DNA of 46,544 nucleotides from a virus (Duplodnaviria > Heunggongvirae > Uroviricota > Caudoviricetes): the IMG/VR virus record IMGVR_UViG_2851955134_000005. The stretch is one strand, 5' to 3'. Of the stretch, positions 17,185-27,341 are shown piece after piece. The notes beneath the pieces were generated by a model, which was not told where the DNA came from, did no database searches, and saw only the letters and a list, made by a program, of their open reading frames with translations. The number at the start of each line of letters is the position of its first letter. The first letter of the stretch is position 1. Both the position numbers and the translations under genes were made by a program.

Positions 17185-18237
17185 ATGAAAAATACTGTAA
17201 AAATAAACAGTGTTGATTTAATCAACGCTGATTGCCTGCATTTTATTCAGTCCCTGCCTGATAACTCCATTGATCTGATTGTTACCGATCCGCCGTACTT
17301 CAAAGTGAAGCCCAACGGCTGGGACAATCAGTGGAAAGGGGACGAAGATTACCTGAAGTGGCTGGACCACTGTCTGGCCCAGTTCTGGCGGGTACTGAAA
17401 CCAGCCGGAAGCCTTTACCTGTTCTGTGGGCATCGCCTGGCATCTGATATTGAGATCATGATGCGTGAACGTTTCAACGTGCTTAACCATATCATCTGGG
17501 CGAAGCCGTCCGGACGTTGGAATGGGTGTAATAAAGAAAGTCTGCGTGCATATTTTCCTGCCACAGAGCGCGTTCTGTTTGCTGAACATTACCAGGGGCC
17601 ATATCGCGGCAAAAGTGACGGCTATGCGGCAAAAGAAAGGGAACTCAAACAGCACATAATGGCACCGCTGATATCGTATTTCAGGGATGCTCGTGCCGAA
17701 CTGGGTATAACGGCAAAACAAATTGCCGAAGCCACAGGTAAGAAAAATATGGTTTCCCACTGGTTTGGTGCCAGTCAGTGGCAGTTGCCGAATGAGGCTG
17801 ACTATCGGAAGTTACAGGCACTGTTTTCCCGTATAGCGGCAGAGAAGTTTCAGGAACAACAACTGGAACAACCACACCACCAGCTGGTGGCATCTTATGA
17901 TTCACTGAATCGCAAATATTCTGAATTGCTGGATGAGTTTAAATCTCTCCGGCGCTATTTCTCCGTATCAGTCTCCGTGCCTTATACCGATGTCTGGATG
18001 CATAAACCCGTTCAGTTCTACCCGGGTAAACATCCGTGTGAGAAACCTGCGGATATGCTCCGGCAAATAATCAATGCCAGTAGTCGACCTGGTGATCTGG
18101 TTGCTGATTTTTTTATGGGATCCGGTTCCACAATAAAAGCAGCAATGGCGCTGGGGCGTCGGGCCTTAGGTGTTGAGCTTGAGTCAGAGCGGTTTAACCA
18201 GACAGTGAAAGAGATAAACGAGCTGGTGGGGAAATAA
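17185..18237 (+). CDS. DNA methyltransferase (DPPY motif; N6-adenine or N4-cytosine type), orphan
   Basis: Motif IV DPPYF and motif I FFMGSGST; no adjacent restriction gene. Confidence 0.8.
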   Translation: MKNTVKINSVDLINADCLHFIQSLPDNSIDLIVTDPPYFKVKPNGWDNQWKGDEDYLKWLDHCLAQFWRVLKPAGSLYLFCGHRLASDIEIMMRERFNVLNHIIWAKPSGRWNGCNKESLRAYFPATERVLFAEHYQGPYRGKSDGYAAKERELKQHIMAPLISYFRDARAELGITAKQIAEATGKKNMVSHWFGASQWQLPNEADYRKLQALFSRIAAEKFQEQQLEQPHHQLVASYDSLNRKYSELLDEFKSLRRYFSVSVSVPYTDVWMHKPVQFYPGKHPCEKPADMLRQIINASSRPGDLVADFFMGSGSTIKAAMALGRRALGVELESERFNQTVKEINELVGK

Positions 18238-18242
18238 TCTGG

Positions 18243-18268
18243 TGGCCACGTAGGTGGCCTTTTTATTT
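18243..18268 (+). terminator. terminator-like hairpin after the methyltransferase
   Basis: GGCCAC-gtag-GTGGCC followed by T-run. Confidence 0.45.
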
Positions 18269-18303
18269 CCATTACACAGCACCCGCATCTGCGAGGTGGG
18301 GTT

Positions 18304-18519
18304 ATGAAATCCATGGATAAGTTAACAACGGGTGTCGCCTATGGCACCTCAGCAGGTAGTGCCGGGTACTGGTTTTTACAGTTGCTCGATAAAGTCACGC
18401 CCTCACAGTGGGCGGCAATAGGTGTGCTAGGTAGTCTGGTATTTGGCTTGCTGACGTATCTGACAAACCTTTATTTCAAGATTAAAGAAGATAAGCGTAA
18501 GGCTGCGAGAGGTGAATAA
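18304..18519 (+). CDS. pinholin (phage 21 S21-like), dual-start motif MKSM
   Basis: Near-identical by recall to S21: [13 protein letters not shown]...AAIGVLGSL...KAARGE. Confidence 0.85.
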
Positions 18520-19016
18520 TGTCGCCATCATTACGCAAGGCTGTTGCTGCTGCTATTGGTGGTGGGGCTGTTGCCATAGCGTCTGTGCTCATCACTGGTC
18601 CGAGTGGTGACGATGGCCTGGAAGGTGTCAGCTACATACCATACAAAGATATCGTTGGCGTATGGACTGTATGTCACGGACACACCGGAAAAGACATCAT
18701 GCTAGGTAAAACGTATACCGAAGCAGAATGCAAAGCCCTCCTGAATAAAGACCTTGCCACGGTCGCCAGACAAATTAACCCGTACATCAAAGTCGATATA
18801 CCGGAAACAACGCGCGGCGCTCTTTACTCGTTCGTCTACAACGTGGGTGCTGGCAATTTCAGAACATCGACGCTTCTTCGCAAAATCAACCAGGGCGATA
18901 TCAAAGGCGCATGTGACCAGCTACGTCGCTGGACATACGCTGGCGGTAAGCAATGGAAAGGCCTGATGACTCGTCGTGAGATTGAGCGTGAAGTCTGTTT
19001 GTGGGGGCAACAATGA
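18519..19016 (+). CDS. SAR endolysin (lysozyme, phage 21 R-like)
   Basis: N-terminal signal-anchor-release segment [20 protein letters not shown] followed by lysozyme domain. Confidence 0.85.
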   Translation: MSPSLRKAVAAAIGGGAVAIASVLITGPSGDDGLEGVSYIPYKDIVGVWTVCHGHTGKDIMLGKTYTEAECKALLNKDLATVARQINPYIKVDIPETTRGALYSFVYNVGAGNFRTSTLLRKINQGDIKGACDQLRRWTYAGGKQWKGLMTRREIEREVCLWGQQ

Positions 19017-19480
19017 GCAGAGTAACCGCGATTATCTCCGCTCTGGTTATCTGCATCATCGTCTGCCTGTCGTGGGCGGTCAATCATTACCGTGATAACG
19101 CCATCGCCTACAAAGAACAGCGTGATAAAAAAGTCAGTGAGCTGAAGCAGGCGACCGCCACCATCGCTGACATGCAGCAGCGTCAGCGTGATGTTGCTGC
19201 GATCGATGCAAAATACACGAAGGAGTTAGCCGATGCGAAAACTGAAAATGAAACTCTGCGCGCTGATGTTGCCGCTGGTCGTAAGCGCCTGCGGGTCAAT
19301 GCCAGTTGCTCCGCAGCCGTGCGTGAAGCCACCGGACCCACCAGCATGGATAATGCAACCAGCCCCCGACTGGCAGACACCGCTGAACGGGATTATTTCA
19401 CCCTCAGAGAACGGTTGATGACGATGCAGAAGCAACTGGAAGGGGCGCAGGAATATATCCGCACCCAGCGCATTAAGTAG
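19013..19480 (+). CDS. Rz i-spanin
   Basis: N-terminal transmembrane segment, coiled-coil body, position after endolysin; Rz1 embedded. Confidence 0.75.
   Translation: MSRVTAIISALVICIIVCLSWAVNHYRDNAIAYKEQRDKKVSELKQATATIADMQQRQRDVAAIDAKYTKELADAKTENETLRADVAAGRKRLRVNASCSAAVREATGPTSMDNATSPRLADTAERDYFTLRERLMTMQKQLEGAQEYIRTQRIK
19233..19418 (+). CDS. Rz1 o-spanin lipoprotein embedded in Rz (+1 frame)
   Basis: Lipobox VVSAC, Pro-rich; resembles lambda Rz1. Confidence 0.75.
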   Translation: MRKLKMKLCALMLPLVVSACGSMPVAPQPCVKPPDPPAWIMQPAPDWQTPLNGIISPSENG

Positions 19481-19501
19481 CTGGAGAAAAAACACGAATC
19501 T

Positions 19502-19864
19502 GTGGTTTTTACTGAGCGCGGTGTACACGGTGGAACATATGGCGGGAAGTTTGTTGCTTATGATTATGCAGCATGGCTAAACCCCGGATTTAAATATGCA
19601 GCCTATAAAGTCCTGGATGACTACTTCACCGGAGAACTTCAGCATCGCAACAGCTTAAGTGCGCAGCTCAATATGAAGTGTCATGAGTTTGATCAGAAAA
19701 AAGATATGGCGAGCTTCTGTGGACAAGGGCTGGCGGCATGGCGCTATACGAAGCCAGTGTTGGTCGCTGAGATTAACTCCCTGGCTAACCAGCTGCAGAT
19801 AACGATCCCCGGGCTGTCCGGTATTTGCCGGTATGAAATTACCGGAAGGCGCGGTCGTTACTGA
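19502..19864 (+). CDS. hypothetical protein (120 aa)
   Basis: ORF only; no recognisable family. Confidence 0.3.
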   Translation: MVFTERGVHGGTYGGKFVAYDYAAWLNPGFKYAAYKVLDDYFTGELQHRNSLSAQLNMKCHEFDQKKDMASFCGQGLAAWRYTKPVLVAEINSLANQLQITIPGLSGICRYEITGRRGRY

Positions 19865-20131
19865 GTAAGAGCAGGCATTACAGCAGCCCTTCACTGAGGG
19901 GCTGCGATAATGTGAGGAATAAAAAACCGGCAGGGGAAATCCATTGAAGATTTGCCGGTGGCAAAAGATGGCCATGCTTTTAACCTTAGTAGCAGAGCTA
20001 CGGAGTTCAACAACGACCGTCGCCGTTATCTTGCTGAAAGGCGTTTCAATGATTTTCATCAATTTATTCATCAGCAATGGTGATAATCACTCTCATTTTG
20101 GCGGGTCCTTCCGGTGGGGTGGCCTGCCACG

Positions 20132-20143
20132 GGGCGGGAGCGT
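20132..20143 (+). other. cosN candidate (12-nt cohesive end GGGCGGGAGCGT)
   Basis: ACG-GGGCGGGAGCGT-CGCGG versus lambda ACG-GGGCGGCGACCT-CGCGGG (from memory); about 185 nt upstream of small terminase as in lambda. Confidence 0.45.
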
Positions 20144-20327
20144 CGCGGAAAAAGGCTAGTTTTTGCATTTCCATGGCGGCGGCAGCATGTTTGGTAATTT
20201 ATTGATAATTAAAAGTTATTTCTCTTTTCACCTGTACAATATTTTTTTCTCCCTGTCATTAGACCAGTTTGCAATTAATTGAAATATATAAATAAACCTG
20301 ATTTTCACCTGCCAGATGGAGTTGCTT

Positions 20328-20855
20328 ATGTCAAATGTGAGCGGGATCGGTGATGCTTATTACTGGAGTGTTTTTAAAATCGCCGAGGCCTTTGGGCTTC
20401 ACCGGGACACAGTAAAAAAACGGCTCCTCGCGGCCAACACTCCTGTGGCTGCGACTGTCAGGGGGAACCCCGTTTACGCCCTGCAGCATGTCGGGCCTGC
20501 CCTGTTTAGTGTGAAGCATGAGGCAGCAGACTCTGTTCATGATCCATCCCGTATGGAGCCGAAAGAGAGAAAGGACTGGTACCAGTCTGAAAATGAAAGG
20601 ATCAAGCTGGAAAAGGAGCAGCGAAAACTCATCCCCGTTGATGAAGTAGTCATCGTCTATTCGTCCATGAGAAAGGCTGTCGTCCAGGTTCTGGAGACAA
20701 TTCCGGATGTTCTTGAACGCGATTGCGCCCTGACTCCTCAGGCCGTCGGCGTTGTACAGCAGGCCATTGATGACCTGCGATACACTCTTCAGGAAAAATC
20801 CTACGAGGCTTGTGCTGCTGAAATAATTCTTGATGAGGAAGGAGAGAGTCTCTAG
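20328..20855 (+). CDS. terminase small subunit
   Basis: Position after cos; RBS before second Met; precedes large terminase. Confidence 0.6.
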   Translation: MSNVSGIGDAYYWSVFKIAEAFGLHRDTVKKRLLAANTPVAATVRGNPVYALQHVGPALFSVKHEAADSVHDPSRMEPKERKDWYQSENERIKLEKEQRKLIPVDEVVIVYSSMRKAVVQVLETIPDVLERDCALTPQAVGVVQQAIDDLRYTLQEKSYEACAAEIILDEEGESL

Positions 20856-20863
20856 GAGGAATA

Positions 20864-22963
20864 ATGGGTTTTTCATCAGCCCGAAATTTGGGAAGGGACA
20901 TATCGGCAGGATTTTCCCCACCACGTCGCATGCCGATTTCGGAGGCTGTTAAAAAATTCATGCGTGTTCCCAAGGGGGCTGGTAACTCGGTGCCATGGGA
21001 TCCTGAACTGACACCCTACATCATTGAGCCCATGAACTGCCTGGCATCGCGTGAATACGATGCGGTGATTTTTGTTGGTCCTGCGCGAACAGGGAAGACC
21101 ATTGGTCTGATCGATGGATGGATTGTCTATACCATCGTTTGCGATCCTTCGGACATGCTCGTTGTGCAGATGACCGAAGATAAGGCCCGCGAGCATTCTA
21201 AAAAGCGCCTCGACAGAACGTTCAGAAGCAGTGCGGCGGTAAAGAAAAGAATGAGTCCACGTCGTAACGACAATAATGTCCATGATAAGACGTTCAGGGA
21301 TGGCTCGTTCCTTAAAATTGGTTGGCCCTCGGTCAACATTATGTCGTCGTCGGATTACCGGTTTGTCGCCTTAACCGATTACGACCGTTTTCCGGAGAAT
21401 ATCGACAGCGAGGGTGATGGTTTCTCCCTGGCCTCAAAACGTACCACCACATTTATGTCCGCCGGGATGACTCTGGTGGAGAGCTCGCCGGGACGTGACA
21501 TCTGCGACAGCAAATGGCGACGTAAGTCGCCTCATGAAGCGCCACCGACGACTGGTATTCTTTCCCTTTACAATCGTGGTGACCGCCGCCGCTGGTACTG
21601 GCCATGTCCGCACTGCGGTGAATATTTTCAGCCAGCCATGGATGCCATGACCGGCTACCGTAATGAACCGGATCCCTTTAAAGCCAGTGAGGCGGCGTAT
21701 CTACTTTGCCCGCACTGCAGCGGCATTATCACTGCGGAGGAAAAGCGTGAGCTCAATAGTGCAGGAGTCTGGTTGCGTGAAGGGCAGGTCATTGATCGTA
21801 ACGGCAACGTTTCCGGTGAACCGCGCCGCTCCCGTATCGCCAGTTTCTGGATGGAAGGGCCAGCTGCTGCGTATCAGACCTGGGCGCAACTGGTTTACAA
21901 ATTACTGACTGCAGAACAGGAGTATGAAGCGACAGGAAGCGAAGAAACACTCAGGGCGGTTATCAACACCGACTGGGGATTGCCTTATCTTCCTCGTGCC
22001 AGCATGGAGCAACGAAAAAGTGAATTGCTTGAGCAGCGGGCAGAGCCAGTTCCTTCCCGCAGTGTGCCGGATGGCGTTAATTTCCTTGTGGCGACAGTGG
22101 ATGTGCAGGCGGGACGTCATCGCCGTTTTGTGGTTCAGGTAACGGGCTATGGCAGCCGTGGCGAACGCTGGATTATTGATCGTTACAACATCACGCAGTC
22201 ATTGCGCGGTGACAGCGACGGGGAGAGCCAGCGAATTGATCCGGCCAGCTATCCGGAAGACTGGGATGTCCTGCTGACGGATGTTTTTCATAAAAGCTGG
22301 CCGCTGGCCTCCGATCCTTCTCAACAAATGCGACTGATGGCAATGGCGGTGGACTCCGGCGGTGAAGACGGGGTCACTGATAATGCCTATAAATTCTGGC
22401 GTCGTTGCCGTCGTGATGGCCTTGGTAAACGTATTTACCTGTTTAAGGGCGACAGCATCCGGCGCGCAAAACTGATCACCCGTACATTCCCTGATAACAC
22501 CGGACGAACGGGCCGACGGGCGCAGGCCGCAGGTGATGTGCCGCTCTGGCTTCTTCAGACGGATGCCCTGAAAGACCGGGTGAATAACGCGTTATGGCGT
22601 GACTCTCCAGGTCCCGGCTATGTGCATTTCCCTGACTGGCTGGGGAGCTGGTTTTACGACGAACTGACGTATGAAGAGCGGAGCAGTGACGGGAAATGGA
22701 GTAAGCCGGGTCGCGGTGCCAACGAAGCTTTTGACCTGATGGTGTATGCCGAGGCTCTGGTCATTCTGCATGGATACGAAAAGATCCGCTGGCCGGATGC
22801 ACCGGAGTGGGCGAGCCGGGAAACCTGGCTGGAGTGTGTCCCGGACAGTACCGAACCGTCACCCACACCGGAACCGGTATCCACGCCTGTTAAAAAACAA
22901 AAACGGAAGAAAACAGTAACTGACGATGTTAACCCCTGGCTGACTTCCGGAGGATGGTTATGA
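20864..22963 (+). CDS. terminase large subunit (lambda gpA-like)
   Basis: 699 aa; AGGAGG RBS; nucleotide-binding motif VGPARTGKT and CPHCG motif as in lambda A. Confidence 0.85.
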   Translation: MGFSSARNLGRDISAGFSPPRRMPISEAVKKFMRVPKGAGNSVPWDPELTPYIIEPMNCLASREYDAVIFVGPARTGKTIGLIDGWIVYTIVCDPSDMLVVQMTEDKAREHSKKRLDRTFRSSAAVKKRMSPRRNDNNVHDKTFRDGSFLKIGWPSVNIMSSSDYRFVALTDYDRFPENIDSEGDGFSLASKRTTTFMSAGMTLVESSPGRDICDSKWRRKSPHEAPPTTGILSLYNRGDRRRWYWPCPHCGEYFQPAMDAMTGYRNEPDPFKASEAAYLLCPHCSGIITAEEKRELNSAGVWLREGQVIDRNGNVSGEPRRSRIASFWMEGPAAAYQTWAQLVYKLLTAEQEYEATGSEETLRAVINTDWGLPYLPRASMEQRKSELLEQRAEPVPSRSVPDGVNFLVATVDVQAGRHRRFVVQVTGYGSRGERWIIDRYNITQSLRGDSDGESQRIDPASYPEDWDVLLTDVFHKSWPLASDPSQQMRLMAMAVDSGGEDGVTDNAYKFWRRCRRDGLGKRIYLFKGDSIRRAKLITRTFPDNTGRTGRRAQAAGDVPLWLLQTDALKDRVNNALWRDSPGPGYVHFPDWLGSWFYDELTYEERSSDGKWSKPGRGANEAFDLMVYAEALVILHGYEKIRWPDAPEWASRETWLECVPDSTEPSPTPEPVSTPVKKQKRKKTVTDDVNPWLTSGGWL

Positions 22964-23172
22964 ACCAGAATGATATCGAAGCCATGATTCAGCGTTATAC
23001 GGAAGCTGAAATGGCGGTGCTGGACGGAAAATCCGTCACCTTTAATGGTCAGCAGATGACCATGGAAAACTTATCTGAGATCCGGCAGGGACGGCAGGAG
23101 TGGGAGCGCCGCCTTGCGGCTCTGATTACACGACGACGGGGGCATCCCGGGTACCGGCTGGCGAGGTTCTGA
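22954..23172 (+). CDS. head-tail connector gpW-like
   Basis: About 70 aa, C-terminal RRRGHPGY like lambda W; position between terminase and portal. Confidence 0.6.
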   Translation: MVMNQNDIEAMIQRYTEAEMAVLDGKSVTFNGQQMTMENLSEIRQGRQEWERRLAALITRRRGHPGYRLARF

Positions 23173-24680
23173 TGGCTATTCTTGATGATGTGATTGGCGT
23201 TTTTTCACCAGGATGGAAAGCGGCAAGGCTGCGTTCCCGTGCGGTGATCCAGGCTTATGAGGCCGTAAAAACGACGCGGACACACAAAGCCCGGCGGGAA
23301 AACCGAACTGCCGACCAGTTAAGCCAGTACGGGGCCGTGTCGTTACGTGAGCAGGCCCGCTACCTTGATAACAACCACGATCTGGTTATTGGTGTATTTG
23401 ACAAGCTGGAAGAACGGGTGGTGGGGAAAAACGGGATTATTGTCGAGCCACATCCGGTATTACGCAATGGGGCCATTGCCCGTGATCTGGCAGCGGAGAT
23501 TCGCACCCGATGGAGTGAATGGTCTGTCAGCCCGGAAGTCACCGGGCAGTTTACCCGTCCGATGCTGGAACGTCTGATGCTGCGTACCTGGCTGCGCGAT
23601 GGTGAGGTGTTTGCCCAGATGGTTTCCGGGCGCATAAACAGCCTGACGCCTTCTGCCGGTGTTCATTTCTGGCTGGAGGCGCTCGAGCCAGACTTTATTC
23701 CCATGACCAGTGATGAGAGCAACAGGCTGAATCAGGGCGTGTTTGTTGATGACTGGGGGCGTCCCGAAAAATATCTGGTGTATAAAAGCCGTCCCGTATC
23801 CGGACGGCAGATGGAAACCAAAGAAGTGGATGCAGAGCGAATGCTGCATCTTAAATTTGTTCGCCGTCTGCACCAGATGCGCGGGACGTCTTTGTTGTCC
23901 GGTGTGCTGATCCGCCTCAGTGCCCTGAAAGATTATGAAGATTATGAGCTGACTGCAGCAAGGATCGCCGCTGCTCTGGGGATGTACATCCGGAAAGGCG
24001 ACGGGCAGAGCTATGAACCGGATGGTAATGGCAGCAAGGAGAATGAACGCGAGCTTACCATTCAGCCAGGCATTATTTACGACGATCTGAAACCCGGCGA
24101 AGAAATCGGAATGGTGAAGTCGGATCGTCCCAATCCTAACCTTGAAACTTTTCGTAATGGTCAGTTGCGTGCCGTGGCGGCGGGCAGTCGTCTGAGTTTT
24201 TCCAGTACGGCACGCAACTATAACGGCACTTACAGCGCCCAGCGTCAGGAACTGGTTGAGTCTACTGATGGCTACCTGATCCTGCAGGACTGGTTTATTG
24301 GTGCCGTCACCCGCCCGATGTATCGTGCCTGGCTGAAACAGGCTGTGGCATCCGGTGTTATCAGGCTACCCCGCGATCTTGACCGTTCTTCACTGTATAC
24401 CGCGGTGTATTCCGGACCGGTGATGCCGTGGATTGACCCTGTTAAGGAGGCTGAGGCCTGGAAAATCCAGATTCGTGGTGGAGCGGCGACAGAATCAGAC
24501 TGGGTACGTGCTGGTGGTCGTAATCCGGATGATGTCAAACGTCGGCGCAAGGCCGAAATTGATGAAAACCGCAAGCTGGATCTGGTATTTGATACCGATC
24601 CGGCCAGTGATAAAGGAGGCAGCAGTGCCGCAACGAAACGACAGGAGCCGCAGCACACCGACGACCAGTCCGAAGAATAA
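23172..24680 (+). CDS. portal protein (lambda gpB-like)
   Basis: 502 aa from MAILDD; TGATG coupling to W; position. Confidence 0.8.
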   Translation: MAILDDVIGVFSPGWKAARLRSRAVIQAYEAVKTTRTHKARRENRTADQLSQYGAVSLREQARYLDNNHDLVIGVFDKLEERVVGKNGIIVEPHPVLRNGAIARDLAAEIRTRWSEWSVSPEVTGQFTRPMLERLMLRTWLRDGEVFAQMVSGRINSLTPSAGVHFWLEALEPDFIPMTSDESNRLNQGVFVDDWGRPEKYLVYKSRPVSGRQMETKEVDAERMLHLKFVRRLHQMRGTSLLSGVLIRLSALKDYEDYELTAARIAAALGMYIRKGDGQSYEPDGNGSKENERELTIQPGIIYDDLKPGEEIGMVKSDRPNPNLETFRNGQLRAVAAGSRLSFSSTARNYNGTYSAQRQELVESTDGYLILQDWFIGAVTRPMYRAWLKQAVASGVIRLPRDLDRSSLYTAVYSGPVMPWIDPVKEAEAWKIQIRGGAATESDWVRAGGRNPDDVKRRRKAEIDENRKLDLVFDTDPASDKGGSSAATKRQEPQHTDDQSEE

Positions 24681-24693
24681 TTCCTGGTTCAGG

Positions 24694-26652
24694 ATGCAGG
24701 CTGGTCACCAGAGTGACGCGGATATTTATATTTATGACGAGATTGGTTTCTGGGGTGTTACAGCGAAGCAGTTTATCAGTGATCTGAATGCACTGGGCGA
24801 TATCACCCACATTAATCTCCATATTAATTCACCGGGTGGCGATGTCTTTGAAGGCATCGCCATTTTTAATGCGCTGAAAACACATGGTGCGTCCATTACC
24901 GTTTATGTCGACGGTGTGGCGGCGTCAATGGCGTCGGTCATTGCGATGGTGGGAAACCCGGTCATTATGCCGGAAAACACCTTCATGATGATTCATAAAC
25001 CATTTGGCTTTACGGGCGGTGATGCGGAGGACATGCGCACCTATGCCGACCTGCTCGATAAGGTTGAGGCGGTTCTGTTACCCGCTTATGCACAGAAAAC
25101 CGGGAAAACCACCGATGAAATTGCTGCCATGCTGGCGGATGAGACCTGGATGTCCGGTGCCGAATGTCTGGCACATGGATTTGCTGATCAGGTAACGCCA
25201 GCCGTTAAGGCAATGGCATGTATTCAGTCAAAACGTACAGAGGAATTTAAAAAGATGCCGGAATCCATTCGAAACATGATTACTCCGCCACGCAACAGTG
25301 CTCCACGCGTACAGGATGATGAACCTGCAGCCTCCCGGACGCCAGTGCAGGCAGCAGCACCCGTGGTGGATGAAAACAGTATCCGTGCGCAGGTACTGGC
25401 AGAGCAAAAAGCGCGTGTAAACGGTATTAATGATCTGTTTGCCATGTTTGGCGGGCGTTATCAGACACTGCAGGCTCAGTGTCTTGCCGATCCTGAATGT
25501 TCGCTGGAGCAGGCCCGCGAAAAGCTGTTGAACGAGATGGGGCGCGAGTCCACGCCATCCAATAAAAATACCCCGGCTCATATTTATGCCGGTAACGGTA
25601 ATTTTGTGGGGGACGGGATCCGCCAGGCGCTGATGGCGCGTGCCGGATTTGAAAAAACCGAACGTGATAATGTCTACAACGGGATGACCCTGCGTGAATA
25701 TGCCCGTATGTCACTGACTGAACGGGGTATTGGGGTTTCCAGTTATAACCCGATGCAGATGGTCGGTGCGGCGTTCACACACAGTACGTCTGACTTCGGT
25801 AATATTCTGCTGGATGTTGCGAACAAAGCCATTTTGCAGGGCTGGGAAGATGCCCCTGAAACCTATGAACAGTGGACGCGGAAAGGTCAGTTGTCTGATT
25901 TTAAAATTGCCCATCGTGTGGGTATGGGGGGCTTCAGTGCTCTGCGTCAGGTGCGTGAAGGGGCGGAATATAAATACGTCACCACCGGAGATAAACAGGC
26001 CACTATTGCACTGGCGACCTATGGCGAGCTGTTCAGTATCACCCGTCAGGCCATTATCAATGATGATCTGAATATGCTGACCGATGTCCCGATGAAACTG
26101 GGCCGTGCGGCGAAATCCACTATTGCCGATCTGGTTTATGCCATTCTGACGTCTAACCCGAAAATCTCCACAGATAATGTAAGTCTGTTCGATAAAGCGA
26201 AACATGCAAACGTACTGGAGAGCGCTGCAATGGACGTGGCATCGCTGGATAAAGCCCGCCAGTTGATGCGCGTTCAGAAAGAGGGGGAGCGTCATCTGAA
26301 TATTCGTCCTGCGTTCGTACTGGTACCGACGGCGATGGAGTCTGTTGCTAACCAGGTCATTCGCTCCTCAAGTGTCAAGGGGGCTGACATTAACGCCGGT
26401 ATTATTAACCCGGTGAAAGATTTTGCGACCGTTATTGCAGAGCCTCGTCTTGATGATAACAGCCAGACCACTTTCTACCTGGCTGCGTCCAAAGGCTCCG
26501 ATACGATTGAAGTGGCTTATCTCAACGGTGTGGATACGCCATATATTGATCAGATGGAGGGCTTCAGTGTGGATGGCGTGACAACGAAAGTGCGTATTGA
26601 CGCCGGTGTCGCGCCAGTTGATCACCGCGGTCTGGTGAAATGTACGGCGTAA
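24694..26652 (+). CDS. ClpP/S49-like prohead protease fused to major capsid protein
   Basis: N-terminal protease-like domain (INSPGGDV...), long linker, C-terminal capsid-like domain in one frame. Confidence 0.7.
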   Translation: MQAGHQSDADIYIYDEIGFWGVTAKQFISDLNALGDITHINLHINSPGGDVFEGIAIFNALKTHGASITVYVDGVAASMASVIAMVGNPVIMPENTFMMIHKPFGFTGGDAEDMRTYADLLDKVEAVLLPAYAQKTGKTTDEIAAMLADETWMSGAECLAHGFADQVTPAVKAMACIQSKRTEEFKKMPESIRNMITPPRNSAPRVQDDEPAASRTPVQAAAPVVDENSIRAQVLAEQKARVNGINDLFAMFGGRYQTLQAQCLADPECSLEQAREKLLNEMGRESTPSNKNTPAHIYAGNGNFVGDGIRQALMARAGFEKTERDNVYNGMTLREYARMSLTERGIGVSSYNPMQMVGAAFTHSTSDFGNILLDVANKAILQGWEDAPETYEQWTRKGQLSDFKIAHRVGMGGFSALRQVREGAEYKYVTTGDKQATIALATYGELFSITRQAIINDDLNMLTDVPMKLGRAAKSTIADLVYAILTSNPKISTDNVSLFDKAKHANVLESAAMDVASLDKARQLMRVQKEGERHLNIRPAFVLVPTAMESVANQVIRSSSVKGADINAGIINPVKDFATVIAEPRLDDNSQTTFYLAASKGSDTIEVAYLNGVDTPYIDQMEGFSVDGVTTKVRIDAGVAPVDHRGLVKCTA

Positions 26653-26675
26653 ACGTCGCAGACAACAACTCTGAT

Positions 26676-26697
26676 GGCCCGTAAGGGCTTTTTTTGT
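26676..26697 (+). terminator. weak terminator-like hairpin after the capsid gene
   Basis: GCCC-gtaa-GGGC followed by seven T; short stem. Confidence 0.35.
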
Positions 26698-26738
26698 ACC
26701 TGAAATCAGCCCCTGAACGGGGCTGTGCGGAGACAGTT

Positions 26739-27062
26739 ATGGCAAAGAATTTTGTAGAAGAAGGAAAAACGGTGGCGATTGTTGCCAGTGCAGCCATCAG
26801 CAGCGGAGATCTGGTGCAGGTGGGCGATGTTTTTGCGGTGGCGCTGACCGATATTCCACAGGGTGAAACAGGCGACGGCCTGACCGAAGGTGTGTTTATG
26901 CTGCCTAAGCTGAAAACGGATGACATGAAAACGGGTAAGAAGGTTTATCTGAAGTCCGGAAAAGTTCAGCTGACTAACAGCGGCTCTGATCCGCTGGTCG
27001 GGGTTGTCTGGGCAGATGCCGGAACCAGTGCAGAAGAAGTGCCGGTAAAACTCAATGTCTGA
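26739..27062 (+). CDS. small head protein, DUF2190-like (possible decoration or head-completion protein)
   Basis: Position after capsid; Gly/Val-rich beta-like sequence. Confidence 0.45.
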   Translation: MAKNFVEEGKTVAIVASAAISSGDLVQVGDVFAVALTDIPQGETGDGLTEGVFMLPKLKTDDMKTGKKVYLKSGKVQLTNSGSDPLVGVVWADAGTSAEEVPVKLNV

Positions 27063-27330
27063 TCCCTTTTCCCGGCTGGCAGCGCGTATGGATGCTATCA
27101 CGGTCAGAAAGATGGGAAAGACAGCCTCGATTAATGATGTCGATATGACTGTGATCCCGGGAGAAACACTGGCAGAGCTGAATGCTCTGTCCGGGCCTGC
27201 GGTCTCTCTGGTGGTGTTTTCTTCGGGATACCGCCCACGGCGCGGGGATCGCGTTGTTTATGACGGACAACAATGGACGGTCACACGGCATGAACGCTTT
27301 AACGGTAAGCCAATGATCTTTATTGAGTAA
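27055..27330 (+). CDS. head-tail joining protein (FII-like)
   Basis: Position; C-terminal RRGDRVVYDGQQWTVTR resembles the lambda FII C-terminus. Confidence 0.5.
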   Translation: MSDPFSRLAARMDAITVRKMGKTASINDVDMTVIPGETLAELNALSGPAVSLVVFSSGYRPRRGDRVVYDGQQWTVTRHERFNGKPMIFIE

Positions 27331-27341
27331 AGAGGTGTGGG

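Noticed and set aside
16040-18300. tRNA genes or stx toxin genes between Q and the lysis cassette
   Set aside because: No tRNA-like T-arm or anticodon structure was found by eye, and the ORFs here are a lipoprotein, a small protein and a methyltransferase.
19655-20077. 140-aa minus-strand ORF overlapping 19502-19864 and the cos-proximal region
   Set aside because: No RBS and low-complexity translation; the region is probably a non-coding cos-flanking sequence.
24433-24693. N-terminal extension of the protease-capsid ORF overlapping the portal gene
   Set aside because: It overlaps the portal 3' end in another frame; an internal Met just after the portal stop is the likely start.
26701-26730. 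Second hairpin (AGCCCC-tgaac-GGGGCT) after the capsid gene
   Set aside because: No T-run follows it, so it is not called a terminator.
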